From Lobosporangium transversale (lineage: Eukaryota), in assembly GCF_002105155.1 (NCBI RefSeq), contig NW_019028980.1, positions 1,054,001 to 1,118,000 of the forward strand: a stretch of DNA of 64,000 nucleotides. Direction: 5' to 3'. Within the stretch, counting starts at the first letter, position 1, and each line of letters starts with the position of its first letter. A program made the position numbers and the translations under genes. Positions 51,226 to 63,509 of the stretch are shown here, in pieces. The notes beneath the pieces are model-generated. The model did not search any database. It saw only the letters and a program-made list of their open reading frames with translations, and had not been told where the DNA came from.

Positions 51226-51527
51226 ACCCAGAGAGCAAGCCAGATGGCGTTCAAGATCGATACAGTGACAAACTGCCAGCCAACAGCTTCGTGGACTTTG
51301 TCAGTGAACCACTGGTAGACCATCATACCACCAAACAAGAAGTATACCACAGTCCAGGCGAAGAAAGTATATTGAGCGGGAGTAATATATGACTTATATT
51401 TGGAATCATAGGGTGAGTCCGTGTTCTTATCACCTCCGAAGGTTGAGTACAGGTTGCCAGACAGCAGCGTCAAGTAGACGATGATGTTGGCAACCTTGGA
51501 TGGCCAGTGATGGAGGGTAGCAGGCAT
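50032..51527 (-). CDS. Multi-pass membrane protein, TspO/MBR-related (3 exons)
   Basis: Motifs ITPAQYTFFAW, LNAIWLALW, HLPFSLYHAW and GALVLAW, ending ETAPLLG (dileucine-type). About 7 hydrophobic segments. Confidence 0.75.
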
Positions 51528-52327
51528 GTCTTTTCTTTTTTTTTTTCTTGAAACGGCTTTGAGGCTGGATTGAAAAAGAATATTAATGAGAGGAAGGAGG
51601 AGAGGTGTAGAAAAATAGGAGAGAAGAAAGAAGTCTCAATAAAACTGAGAAGAAATAAAAAAAGAAAAATGCGATACATTTCTCTGATGCAGATGCGACA
51701 AATAGCACGAGAAAAGGCAACAAGGGCCGATGAATGATTGGGTAATCCATGCATTAAACCTCAACAACCCTGCTTTCTCTCCTTCGTCTTTCTGGTCTTT
51801 TGGTGAAACCCCTCTATTTCTTGCGCGGGAAAATTTGTCCGACCATGACCAACATCTGGATGGAGTTGCACCTTTTATAAACATAAAAGCACTTATGGAG
51901 ATCGAGTCTATTTTATCAACAATCCAGGACTCGCAATCCTCACCACAGCGGATGTTGAAACGATGAATCACTGCGATCTCTATAGCTTCTTGTCTTCACA
52001 TCCAGCTTTTAGTAATGAGTGACAACCAACGTCTGTAACCAAGTGATAGGCATAAGATGACACATATTGAGCCACATTTACATAATGCCACGTAGACTAG
52101 TTGTCTTAAACGCGTCCTATTCGTGGAAACCAAAGAACATTTGCGAGTGCATAAGAGCCCAGCGCTCTTAGTTCAACATTGCGTGAATGTATTCCTTGGA
52201 AAAGGCGTTACATCCCAAGTGCGCGCAGTCACGCGTTTTCGTCGGCTGCATTGCATTGCAAACATCAAGCTTCATTTAACTGAACATCCTCTCATTGCGC
52301 TACACTTGAACATTTATATTTCCACTA

Positions 52328-52581
52328 ATGAACTCCTTTGCTTCGACCATTTCAAAGGCCTTTTATGGCACTTTTGTTCATTCTATTTCCATCAGAGAAC
52401 TCGAGTTCGTCAAACATGCACTGTTATTTGTGGATAACCATGGAGTAATTGTTAAGATAATAAAGGATCTAAATCAATCACAGCTTCAAGAAGCATTAGA
52501 TGGAGTGGGAGAGGATAAGGTAAAAATGTATTAAGGAGAGTCGCACAAAAGCAATAAGCAACTATATATACATATAATATT

Positions 52582-52616
<35 letters not shown>

Positions 52617-53938
52617 AGGTCATTCTTTTAAATAACGATCAATTTATTATCCCGGGGTTTGTCGACACTCATATCGTACGGATCTTAAAAAGAAACTATA
52701 GATTTCAAGTAAAAGTATCCGCTTTAATGGTGTAATAGTTACCTCTGATATGCTGTTTTACTTCCCCATTGAGTTAGCATGCCTCTCAATATTCATATTG
52801 TGGGGACGGACAAGACACTCCACTGCTAGAATGGCTAAATACCCTCACCTTCCCACATGAAACCAAGTTCAAGGATGCTGATTATGCGCGTCAGATTTAT
52901 ACCAAAGCCGTAACACGTTCACTTCGCAATGGCACCACTTCTGCATGTTGGTTTTCGACGGTCCATCTCGATGCCACAAAAGAATTGGTTGATGTTATTC
53001 TGAAACAAGGACAGCGCGCCTATGTGGGCAAAGTCAACATGGATAGGAATAGCCCCGACTTCTTGACTGAAACGACCGAGGCCTCGGTTAGGGACACTCG
53101 ATCGTTCATTGACTATGTTCGTCAGGCTGTCATTAACAGCACCAGAAGCAATGAGAATATAATTGATTCTGATAAAAAGAATGATACCAATACCGCTCCA
53201 ACAAGAACACCGCTGGTGATGCCGGCTATCACACCTCGATTTGCTATCTCTTGCACATCCGAGCTATTAACAGAGTTGGGGAAATTAGCGCAGGAATATG
53301 ATATCCCTATCCAAACTCATCTGTGCGAGACATCTCAAGAAATTGAGTCCACAATATCCCTGTTCCCAACATTTACCAGCTACACTGCTGTATATAAGGG
53401 TCATGGACTGCTAAACAGCCGTTCAATCATGGCACATTGTGTCCATATGCAGGACGAAGAATGGGATTTAATCAAGGAAACTAATGCTGGAGTGTCTCAC
53501 TGTGCCAACTCCAATTTCAATATTCGGTCTGGGATGGCCAATGTCCGCAAGATGATTGATGATTTGGGTCTGAAAAAGATTGGTTTAGGGACTGATATTG
53601 CGGCTGGATACTCCCCTTCAATCTTAGAAGCCATACGTTGCTCAAGGACGTGCTCGATCGCCAGAGATCCTCAGAGATCACTATCAATTCCTGAACTGTT
53701 TTATCTGGCTACATTAGGTGGAGCAAGAGTAATGGAATTAGGAAGCACAATCGGAAATTTTGAGGTAGGCAAAGAGTTTGATGCCATCATCGTCAACACC
53801 ACAGCGTCAAGATCTCCGATCGACATTTTCCCTCATGATTCGATCGAGTCAAAATTTAAGAAGTATCTCTTTGTGGGCGATGATCGGAATAACGAAAGAA
53901 TTTATATCCAGGGCAAACAAGTCAGACTACCAGAGTAA
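52328..53938 (+). CDS. GUD1: Guanine deaminase (exons 52328-52519, 52619-52675, 52778-53938)
   Basis: Motifs PGFVDTHIHASQY, LLEWL..TFP.E, ITPRFA, QTHLCE, GLGTD, GNFEVGKEFDA and GDDRN. Confidence 0.93.
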
Positions 53939-54805
53939 ACAAAGGAACAAAAAAAAAGGATACCTTCATCTAGGTTGAAGATCATTTGACTTAAGTTAGT
54001 TTTAAGTAGAAAGGCTATTGGCAATCTTTGTAAATTAGACTTGAGAGTTAAGATTAAGGCGATTTTCATCCCTTTGTTGGCGGTTTTTTTTTTATCTTGT
54101 AAGAGCCTGCATTTTGGTGGGATAAACATATAAACAGACCGTTGGTCATGTCCAAATCGAGCAATGTGTGTGTGTTTATATGCATTTGAGACATTCTTAG
54201 TTTTGCGATGCTCAAAATTCGCCATAGTTAGCATGAATGACGGATTGAAACGTGTCAACAGCATCAACAACAGCAAAAAAAGAAAAAAGATGGATCGTTG
54301 AAGCGGTTAAACAAATGATACACAAGATGCAGCAGGCATCACGAAACTCCCCTAATCTACTAAATATGAACATGTGTGTTCACACAACACATCACCATCC
54401 ATTTGTTCCTCGTGCTTCGCTCATTTGCTATGCCAACTTGTGGGAAATAAAAGCTGGATTAGGGCCCTTCTGCATTAATGAACCCCATTTGACTATATGG
54501 TTCGCCAAGTCTATTATACCTGTTACTTTTCTCAATCATCACTTTTCAATAATATGAATTGCGTTATCTGTAAAGAGGGAGCAGTGTTCTTTAAGGACTG
54601 AAATATCATACAATACTTTTATACATAATATGTGGTTTTTGTCATGCATCTTGCTAACTATCATCAAGGAAAGGAGGTGGGTGGATGGGAGATAGCGGGT
54701 ATCAAGAAGAGGAAGGAGGTTAAAAAGGACAGCTCCAAGACTGCCATTAATGCTATGTATGTGTGTCTTTTTTAAGTGAGTAAACACAAAATAGTCCTAA
54801 TTCAT

Positions 54806-56065
54806 CTAATCATCGAAATTGCGGCGTGCAGCAGGTCTTGTGGGCATTACAATTGGGCGATCATGAGTAGCAGTAGATCCACGGTACTCGCGGTCAAATG
54901 AAGTGTAGGTAGGGTTTGGTCTAAGCACAGTCTCTTGCTTCTCGTGATATGGATCTGAGACTTTGGGCCACGGTGTTAGATCATTTGAGGGATAAGGATC
55001 ACGGAGCCAATCGTCCTGTAATGGCGCGCTTGACTGAGTAACAGGATATGGCGTGAAACCGGCATGATGTGGGGAGCTAGAGATATCAATACCACTGCTA
55101 TTACTAAAGTCAGCAGCATTGGTTGCTAATGGTGAGGTCGAGTTATTAGTTAAAGGACGAGGCCGATTCGAGGGAATGGATCCCATCTCGAGCTTATTTG
55201 GGCTCGAGCCATCAGGGCTAAAACCATCATTGCTGTTGATATCGGAAGGGCCGCGACCCTCCACATGAACTGTGTTGAATAGCATTCGAATATTGAGGCC
55301 GAACTCAGTAAGCGTGAAGATGGTCAAGGTAGATGAGAAGAGTTCATAGTAGACATAGGTGGGTAGGCTTGTGTTAAAGATCCCGATGATGCGGTAGATA
55401 GACATAGCGATCAATAGAATCAAATCGACTGTGAACAGGGACGTCTGAAGTCGGCGATACTGCATTAACTCGACGTTCTTGCCCAAACTCATCCCCGTTA
55501 GCGTGGTAAATAGCTTATAATAGAAGATGGCTTCACAGAGAATGTAATAAAATCGGAACACAGGCGCACCAGCATCACGAAAGGTCCAGGCGATAGTCAA
55601 GCCCTCACATCTGGTTCCTTTTTCCACAGAACCATCGCAGAGTTCGTTTTGAATGATGTTGACAATGATAATGGCAAATAACTCAATAGCCCGGAAGCCA
55701 ATCAAGAAGAAATGCAACAAATCGAGCTTGCGAAAAGCAGGGAAGACAGTTGAACATCGAAGGTAGGCGAGATACATGGTGATGGGCTTGGTGATGAAGT
55801 AGGCGATATTATTGATAACATTGAGCCAAAGGGCGGTGCGGAAGGATACGACTTCGAAAGCTGTGGTGATTAAGAAGAAGACACAAAACTCGTTGACAAG
55901 CTGTGCGATGTTGATGATGGGGAAGAGATGGTATTTTGAGGCGGTGCGTTTCAAAAACATCATACGGGCGAGGGAGTGAAGTGTAAGGACCATTGATGCT
56001 CCTACTAGTAGAGCTCCAAGGAGGACATCAAAGGTAATGGATGTGGCGATCAATGAGGCGCCCAT
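54806..56065 (-). CDS. Orphan seven-transmembrane (GPCR-like) protein, intronless
   Basis: Seven hydrophobic helices, YLRC at the end of TM3, a Cys pair in the loop after TM4, and a long Ser/Pro-rich C-tail. Confidence 0.7.
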   Translation of the reverse strand: MGASLIATSITFDVLLGALLVGASMVLTLHSLARMMFLKRTASKYHLFPIINIAQLVNEFCVFFLITTAFEVVSFRTALWLNVINNIAYFITKPITMYLAYLRCSTVFPAFRKLDLLHFFLIGFRAIELFAIIIVNIIQNELCDGSVEKGTRCEGLTIAWTFRDAGAPVFRFYYILCEAIFYYKLFTTLTGMSLGKNVELMQYRRLQTSLFTVDLILLIAMSIYRIIGIFNTSLPTYVYYELFSSTLTIFTLTEFGLNIRMLFNTVHVEGRGPSDINSNDGFSPDGSSPNKLEMGSIPSNRPRPLTNNSTSPLATNAADFSNSSGIDISSSPHHAGFTPYPVTQSSAPLQDDWLRDPYPSNDLTPWPKVSDPYHEKQETVLRPNPTYTSFDREYRGSTATHDRPIVMPTRPAARRNFDD

Positions 56066-58615
56066 GGTTTGAAAAATGCGCAAAAAGCGGCAGCGTGGCT
56101 TTGGAGTGAATATTCAAGTGTAGGATAGAGTGTGCTTCAACAAAAAAAAAGAGAAAAACAGGAGCCCTATCGTGAAGGCGGTGCTAACAAAAGAACATGC
56201 AAAGGAGGGATGAGATGCAAGAAAGCTAAAAGCAATGAAATAATGGACCTTAAAGTAACGAGAGAGAGAAAGAGAGAAGCATGGGCAAAGAATGTGTTTT
56301 GGCGCTAGTTTTTATATTGCCACCGAGGATAAACAACGGGCGAAGTATCTGATATTGAATGGTGTGATTGTGCGTGCTCGCATGCACATTGACACAAAAT
56401 AAGACAGCCTTCGATCTTCTTAAAAGAGCATGCACTTGCCTCCACCTTGGATGCAAATGACTTGATCCTAGCTGGAGAAAGAAAGAGAAGGAAAGGGCTC
56501 TGAAGGCAATGGAAACAAGGTGTCAAAAGGCCAGAGCATTTGTTGTTCTAAAACGGAAAGGATAAGTTCAGAAATCGAGAAATGACAGGGTAAAGAAGGC
56601 AACACAAAAGAGATGGTTGAGCAATGGTTGCTCTCATTTTTTTCTTCCTCCTTTTGGCCTGAATTATCAATACATGTCTCTTTAGTATTTTGGGAATATG
56701 AAAGAGTTCTTTCTTGGTTGGCTGATAGATGAATCTCCGCTTTGTATGGTGACGCCTGGCAGCTCAATGATCGCTGTTCTCTGCAGTCAACCATGCTCAA
56801 AATGGTGCCATTTTACACACATACACGCTTACGCCCGATAAAACACATAAGCACACCAAACACATGCTCTTACACAACGAATGGCAATTAGAAGAAAAAA
56901 ACATGGCAAACTAATCAGACTTGAAGTCTAATATCACTTCATTGGTGAATATCCCTTTTTGCATTACACTTTTTTTTTTTTTTTTTTTTTTTTCACTTTG
57001 AACCAAACGGGCTTCCTTCTGTCCAGAGGTTAGGCTAAGAAAGCTGCTTTCGATCCTACCATTTACGAATGCGGGGATTCTGAGCAAATATCGCGACATG
57101 ATTTCTTATCAAAGCGTGTTGTTTCTCTTTGTCTCTCTCCCACACTTACTGATTTATTAATGGCATAATCAAATATCTATTTCAAAACTTTTCACCCATC
57201 CCCTTTTTTGCCCTCAGCAGACTTTACAAAAATAATCATAAAGAAATAAGATTAATGGCAGCAATGGCAGTGTCTTCTGTGTCTAGAACAAAAGATGTAA
57301 CAGATTATTTACCTTGGAACAAATTTTGAACGCATGGAGCCATATCTTATTAATATGAGGGAAGCAAAGGGTGAAAATATGTATGTACACACATGATATG
57401 TTGAAAAGTATGTGCCTCATCAGTAATAAAGACGACATTACATGTGGACCCCAAAACTGAGATATTTTTTTATCTTCATTGTTTTTTTTAGATGGTCATG
57501 ACCCAAACTTCATCATAGCAAAACCAGTTGAAGTTTGTTGACGCGAAAAAGTGCAACCACGAGGCGTATCACAAAATAGAGACATGATTTGAATGAGATG
57601 CTTGTACGATTAAAATTATGCAGGGCCAGGTATTTTCAAAGCCCCTTCTTATGTGATGCATCTTCCTCAGGAGGTCCTTACAAAATTTCACTCACCATGC
57701 CCTCCATGGGATGTGGAAGAAGTAAGCTCTTCGAGGACAGCACAACGTGCAGCTTTACAGTCACACAGGGGAGTGAAGATGCCATGAAGCAAATTCCTTA
57801 CATGAAGCTGTTTTCTTAAGGCCGTTTGCGTCCCCCACGAATATAGCTCGCGAGGGCTTCTACTGAATGCAACCAGAATATACGTAATCAAATTAACATC
57901 ATGCTTATGCCATCCCTCAGCAACCCACCCATCAAAGGCCCCAGTCCCTCTACAAGTAAGCCTGAATGGCGATGTCACTTTCAGGAGATGCTTCCGTACA
58001 GCTGTAACTTTATCGGGCGGAGTGTCTGCGCATTAGAGACGGGATGGTTCCCAGGTCACTTGTACCATTTGCGGTATACCTGTCTTACGAAAGTACATGC
58101 TCCTGTAGGGCTTCATTTTACAATCTCATGTATTATATTCGTGTCATCCATTCTGATACTTTTTTATTTTGCCTTAACTGAACAGCAATCCGGCGTTTCC
58201 GCGCTCGTAATAAAAAATTATACAATGCTTGTGGGCAATATTACAAAAAATGGAACAGACACAACTCGTCCCAAACGCGCAATTAGAAAGTGGAACAAAG
58301 CACTCTGTCTTTTTGGGTTTCTCGTCACGTGAGTATATTAAGGGTCATGATAATTTTTCTGTTTTGATTGCTTTTAAAAAAAAGAAGCTCTTGCCAATGG
58401 TCTCTTGATCCTTCTCTCTCTCAATTCCAACAGACTTGGTATGAAACATCATTATTGGAGGCTTCAGAGCTGGATCATTCTTGTTCAGAAGGATGGCGTG
58501 TCTATAATCACTTGCAGAAGCATGATGTACAGAGGAAACAGCAATTCTTTTTTCTAATTTTCGATTCTTGGATCATCCCAATTGCAACATTTCCACCTTA
58601 GAATTAAATATCACA

Positions 58616-59682
58616 ATGGCCCCTATCAACAAGAAGAAGGTTAAGGCTGGTGAGGGTATCAACTCCCGCTTGGCCCTTGTCATGAAGTCTGGCAAGTACC
58701 AGCTCGGCTACAAGTCCACCCTCAAGACTCTCCGCCAGGGAAAGTGTAAGTTACATTTTTTTTTTTCAGGATTAGATTGACCAGGAGGATTCTGGCTTGA
58801 CTTGTTTGGAGGACGAAGCAGAATGGACATTCCCAATTCTTTTTTTTATTTTCTTGGCCGGAATTATGAGATAATTAGAAGATTTGATTCGATGATGGCA
58901 ATGATGCAGGAAAGATTGAAGTTTTTGAATGTCTCAATTGCGCATTCAAAGATGAATTTTTCCAATGATTGTCGTTTTCGTTGTCATGGCTGCTTCTATT
59001 TCTCATCTGTGCTGCGTTTCAAGCTGGCTACTAGCTATTATTTTATTATTATTATTATTATTTGTGTTGCACGTGTATTGGCTTTCACACAAGCCGATGT
59101 TTTTCTTTTGGTGACCGGAGCTCGTAAGAGCTGAGAACGTCCCAAAAACTTTTTTCTCACCTTTTTTTCTTTTCTTTTTTTCTTTTCTTATATTTTACTT
59201 CTCATTCTTATATTTTATGACCTCTGTTTGCGTCTCACTTTGGTTCATATACGACAAAAACGTGTTTGCCACGTATTTCTTTCTCGATATGGTTATACGA
59301 ATTGTTGGGCGGTGGGGACTTCAATGATTATTGTCTTGAACCTTGAACGGATGATTTGATGACAATATAGCCAAGTTGGTCATCATCTCCGGTAACTGCC
59401 CTCCTCTTCGCAAGTCCGAGATTGAGTACTACGCCATGTTGTCCAAGACCGGTGTCCACCACTACACCGGCACCAACGTCGAGCTCGGTACCGCCTGCGG
59501 AAAGTACTTCCGGTAAGTTCTTATGGCCTGCTGCATATGGCTTCTAGTTTATTTTTTCCTTTTTTATCATCATAGCAAACCAAATCTGATTTTATATCCA
59601 TTTATTCTATATAAATAGTGTTGGTGTCCTTTCCATCACTGATGCTGGTGACTCGGACATCATTGCCAAGTCTGAGGCTTAA
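58616..59682 (+). CDS. RPL30: 60S ribosomal protein eL30 (exons 58616-58745, 59371-59512, 59619-59682; 111 aa; probable 5'UTR intron 58439-58601)
   Basis: [61 protein letters not shown]...[26 protein letters not shown]. Confidence 0.98.
59106..59147 (+). promoter_or_regulatory. Predicted intronic kink-turn hairpin, candidate eL30-binding element
   Basis: TTTTGG-T-GAC-C-GGA-GCTC-GTAA-GAGC-TGA-GA-A-C-GTC-CCAAAA. It has a C-stem, a 3-nt bulge, tandem G.A/A.G pairs and a closing stem. Confidence 0.65.
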
Positions 59683-59903
59683 ATCCTTTTAAATAAGGGA
59701 AGGACCAAAATACCTTTTTTGTTTGCTTCTGATCTCTCTTTTTCTTCTATCACAGATAGTGTTGTTAAAGGGGAAAATGATTGTGAATAAAATGGGGTTA
59801 ACCATGAAAAGTGCTTAAATATGTCTTTCCTGAACAATGTTTGATACATGGCTTTCATTAGATTAGATCTATCAGTGAAAGTTTTTTTTTTTTTTTTTTT
59901 TTT

Positions 59904-61309
59904 TTAATAACGTGATCGTTTCTTGGATCTTTCTTCTCGTGCGCTGACAAATGAAGATGAAGATTTAGGACTTTGACTACGGCTCTGGCTCTGGCTCTTG
60001 CTTTGGTTCTTTTGAGATTCTTTTGCCGTAGCTGGAGTTGATAGTGATGGGCGACCTCGACGAGAACCAATGCTGCTAGTATTGCTGTTAGAAGTTTTTG
60101 AACGACGATCATCTTTATCCTTGTCTTTACCTCTGCTGTTGTCTCTATCACAATCCCGTTCTCGTTCTCGTTCTCGCTCTTTTTCCTTTCTACGCGAGTG
60201 TCCTGTTGAAGTTGAAGCGGATGGATGTGACAGTTGGGAAGAGACAGCGATACTTCTGGATCTAGAGTTTGATCTTGAGCTACTTGCCTCATTCTGATTA
60301 CGACCGCTATTGGTATTAACACCGGTAAAGTTATCACTACTGCTACTACCTCCAACGCCGTCGTTAATGTTATTATAAAATATATTCTGTGAATGGGCAT
60401 GACTATCGTGTAGTACGCCATCTTCTCGCCATTGTCCTCGTCGCTGTTCCAAATATCGGCCCATGTATTCTGCCTCTTCCTGTTCTAGACTAGGTAGTGG
60501 TTGAAGACCCTTTTTTATCCGCAGTTGATCTACTTCCTCCTTCAGGATTATGAAATCATGTTGCTTAAGCTGTGTCAAGTGCTGAGAGAGTTGGTCGCGT
60601 TCTTTGATTAAATCTGCTTCTGCTTGTTGTGCCTTTTTATTTATTTATTTATTTTAAAAGAAAAAAAATCATGGAGTATATTTGTTATTGTCACACTTGT
60701 TTTACCAATGGTGCTTAAACAATAGAAAAAAAAGAAAAGAAAAAAAGCTTACAAGTGCAAAGTCTTTTTGGATCTGTTTCACCATGGCGATATACCGTGC
60801 TAATTCTGTCTGGAGTACTTTTCGTTCACTACGGACTTCATCTAGAAGACTTTCTTTATCTTCCAAGTCCTGGGCGGTCTGTGAAATTTGACTTTTAACA
60901 TGTAAAAAATCTTCCTGACGGATTCTTTTTTTTTTTTTTTTTTTTTTTTTGTTATTTTTATCAATGAAAAAGAATATGAAGACAATTAATACACTGAAAA
61001 TTATAAGTGTAGGTTTACCAAGAACAACCGAACAAAAATCGAGGTTAAGTGGGGGACTGTAAGTGACATTACTTCATTTGTTTGAGCTCCATCAACTCGG
61101 CTACCTTCTCGTCTGGGTCCTTGTCCTGTGCACATGGTAGAGGTAGAGACTGGACCGTGCTGCTGATAGGAAGGCTATTGTACAAGGCACGAAATGATGT
61201 TTTCAAAGTGGACGAAATATGAGAAGAATTGGAAGGTGTGGATGAAGGTGTTGATGAGGGAGGATCGTTCTTGTTAATTTTTGAATACGCTACTGGACAA
61301 TCATCCCTA

Positions 61310-61350
<41 letters not shown>

Positions 61351-62026
61351 ATAGTCAGATGTGAGCTTGATAAGATCGTTCCACGCGGCGTCGAAGAAAG
61401 AAATGGAAGAAATGAAAGAAAAGGAAAGGTACCTCCGTATCATCTTTGCAGGGCTAGACGATGATGAATCCAAGTCTTTGGAAAGACTGTTAAACCGGAC
61501 AGATTTCTTTTTGATCCGCAAGGCTAGATCAGGCGAATTGGACAATGCTTTCACGAACTGGTCACGATGGCTTTCTGGGATGATGATACGAGTCATACAT
61601 ATCTGTTGCTGTGAGGAATCAATATTCTGTATTGCTGTTGGCTCTGTATCATTTCTTGATTCTTGTTTCCTATCATCATCTAAAGTGAATACAATGAATA
61701 TGGGAACGTAAATTGTTGTTGATACGGCAGAAGCAGCAGAATTATCAGCAGACGGCATCATGATACTTACTGTCGACTTTACAATTTGGAGGTATATCAG
61801 CCGCTTTGTGATGGTAATTGGTAGCAAACCTGGAGCTGTCATTATGATGATATCCTTTTTGGATCGATGGCTCCGGATTTATGCTTGATGATGGTGACAT
61901 TAGGTATGACTTTGAAGAGGTTGGATAGTTACGTTGCTGCTCTGCATTGTTTTCTGCCTTGTGAGCACCGTTGAAACGATCATTATCATTAATGTTGACT
62001 TGTCCCGAAGAATGACCTTGTGACAT
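59904..62026 (-). CDS. Coiled-coil protein with a ZC4H2-like segment and RS/RE-rich tail (multi-exon)
   Basis: Spliced ...LKEEVDQLRIKKGLQPLPSLEQEE resembles the ZC4H2 coiled-coil end ([24 protein letters not shown]). Several GT-AG introns lie between ~61770 and 60630. Confidence 0.6.
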
Positions 62027-62558
62027 AATGGCTATCTGAGGCCCAGCAGTAAATACCCCAGACAATGAGAAAAAATGGATAGATTAAAAAAAAACTTCAA
62101 GAATTCTCTTCAGCCGTTGTTCTTTTTCGTACACACACACTTCCCGCCAAAAAAAAAAAAAAAAAAAAAAAAGAGGCGACACTCGTCAAGTTAATAATAA
62201 AAATGAGACAAAATTCAATTGAGAAATGAAGGTAATAAGTAAGACGCGACGCAGCCGTAAGCGAAGACGGCGTGTTAATAATATACAAAAGCCAGGGGAA
62301 TGGGGATCGATGGATAGGATTTAGAAGAACAAAAGAGTGGATTGAAAATTTTAAGAACCTACTTTTTTGAGTGTGACAAAGCAGAATATTCACATTCCTT
62401 GAAGTCCAAGGTCTCATTTGTAATTCACTATTTCCAATACACAATGGGGAAAGGATCGGTTTAAATCCAGTAACTGTTCCTCGGAGAGAATAAAAACTTC
62501 TGAAAAATATAACCTTCCCCTCTCCAGATCACACACTGCATCAACTCTATAATTCACC

Positions 62559-63152
62559 ATGGCTTCTTTCATCAGATCAACAATGGGTACGAATCAGGAG
62601 ACAGATATGAAAGCAACTTACAGGAAATAATCACCATGCTAGATTTAACAATGGAATACTAAATGGCACCAGACCTTACCCAACCTCTTCTTTTGTTATA
62701 GCCCTCGTCTGGAGCCCAATGAAATCTAAAGCCTTTGCTTCAGTATCAGGGCCTGCATTATCGTCCAATGTTGCTGCTGTTCCTTCGACTGGCACATCTA
62801 TCCTTTGCAACGCTGTCCGCCATATGAGCTACAAACTAAAGACTAACTCTGCCGCTAAAAAGAGGTTTGTTTTCAAGCTACACGAACCGTGGAAACAATG
62901 AGTCTATCTGTAGCATTAAACAACTTCAGAGTGCTAGATTATGATATTCACAAGTGATCAATTAATCTCTTTTCTTCTTGTGGACAAAAAAGATTTGTTG
63001 CTCTTCCATCAGGGAAATTCAAGCACTGGAGATCAGGAAAGCGCCATATCAACACAGGGATGGATCGTGGTCGTCTCAACAAAGCAGGCCTTGCTGCCTA
63101 TGCTACCCCTCGTCAATCGAAGCACTTACGTCGCTTGATGCCATATGCGTAA
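62559..63152 (+). CDS. Mitochondrial ribosomal protein bL35 (3 exons)
   Basis: A presequence-like N-terminus precedes YKLKTNSAAKKR|FVALPSGKFKHWRSGKRH...LRRLMPYA, the bacterial-type L35 signature. Confidence 0.9.
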
Positions 63153-63509
63153 AAAAAAAAAACCATTGGCTTCTATGAGTGCGAGCCGGGCCTCCTAGGA
63201 GCAAAATAATACACAACAAACCATAGACATTTACAAGCTTACTTTATTTTGTGGACAAATAAATATGAATTATGAAATGGAAATGTTTTCTTTTTTATAT
63301 TTTATTGATACACACTGATATGACAGACAGAATTTGTAACATGAAGCGAACAACAAGCGACATTTTCAGAAGAGTGTAAATGATGAAAAATGGGGTATAG
63401 CTGATCTTCAAGCAAAAAAAAAAAAAGAAAAAGATTACATGGATTATATGGCATGAAACGTAAAGATATTACTTCAAAGTAATTTTTTTGTAGTAAATTA
63501 CTCTTTGTT

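Noticed and set aside
57640..57660. Minus-strand ACA...GGGGCTT resembling the RNase MRP CR-V motif
   Set aside because: No matching CR-I (GAAAGUCCCC-like) partner was found upstream on that strand.
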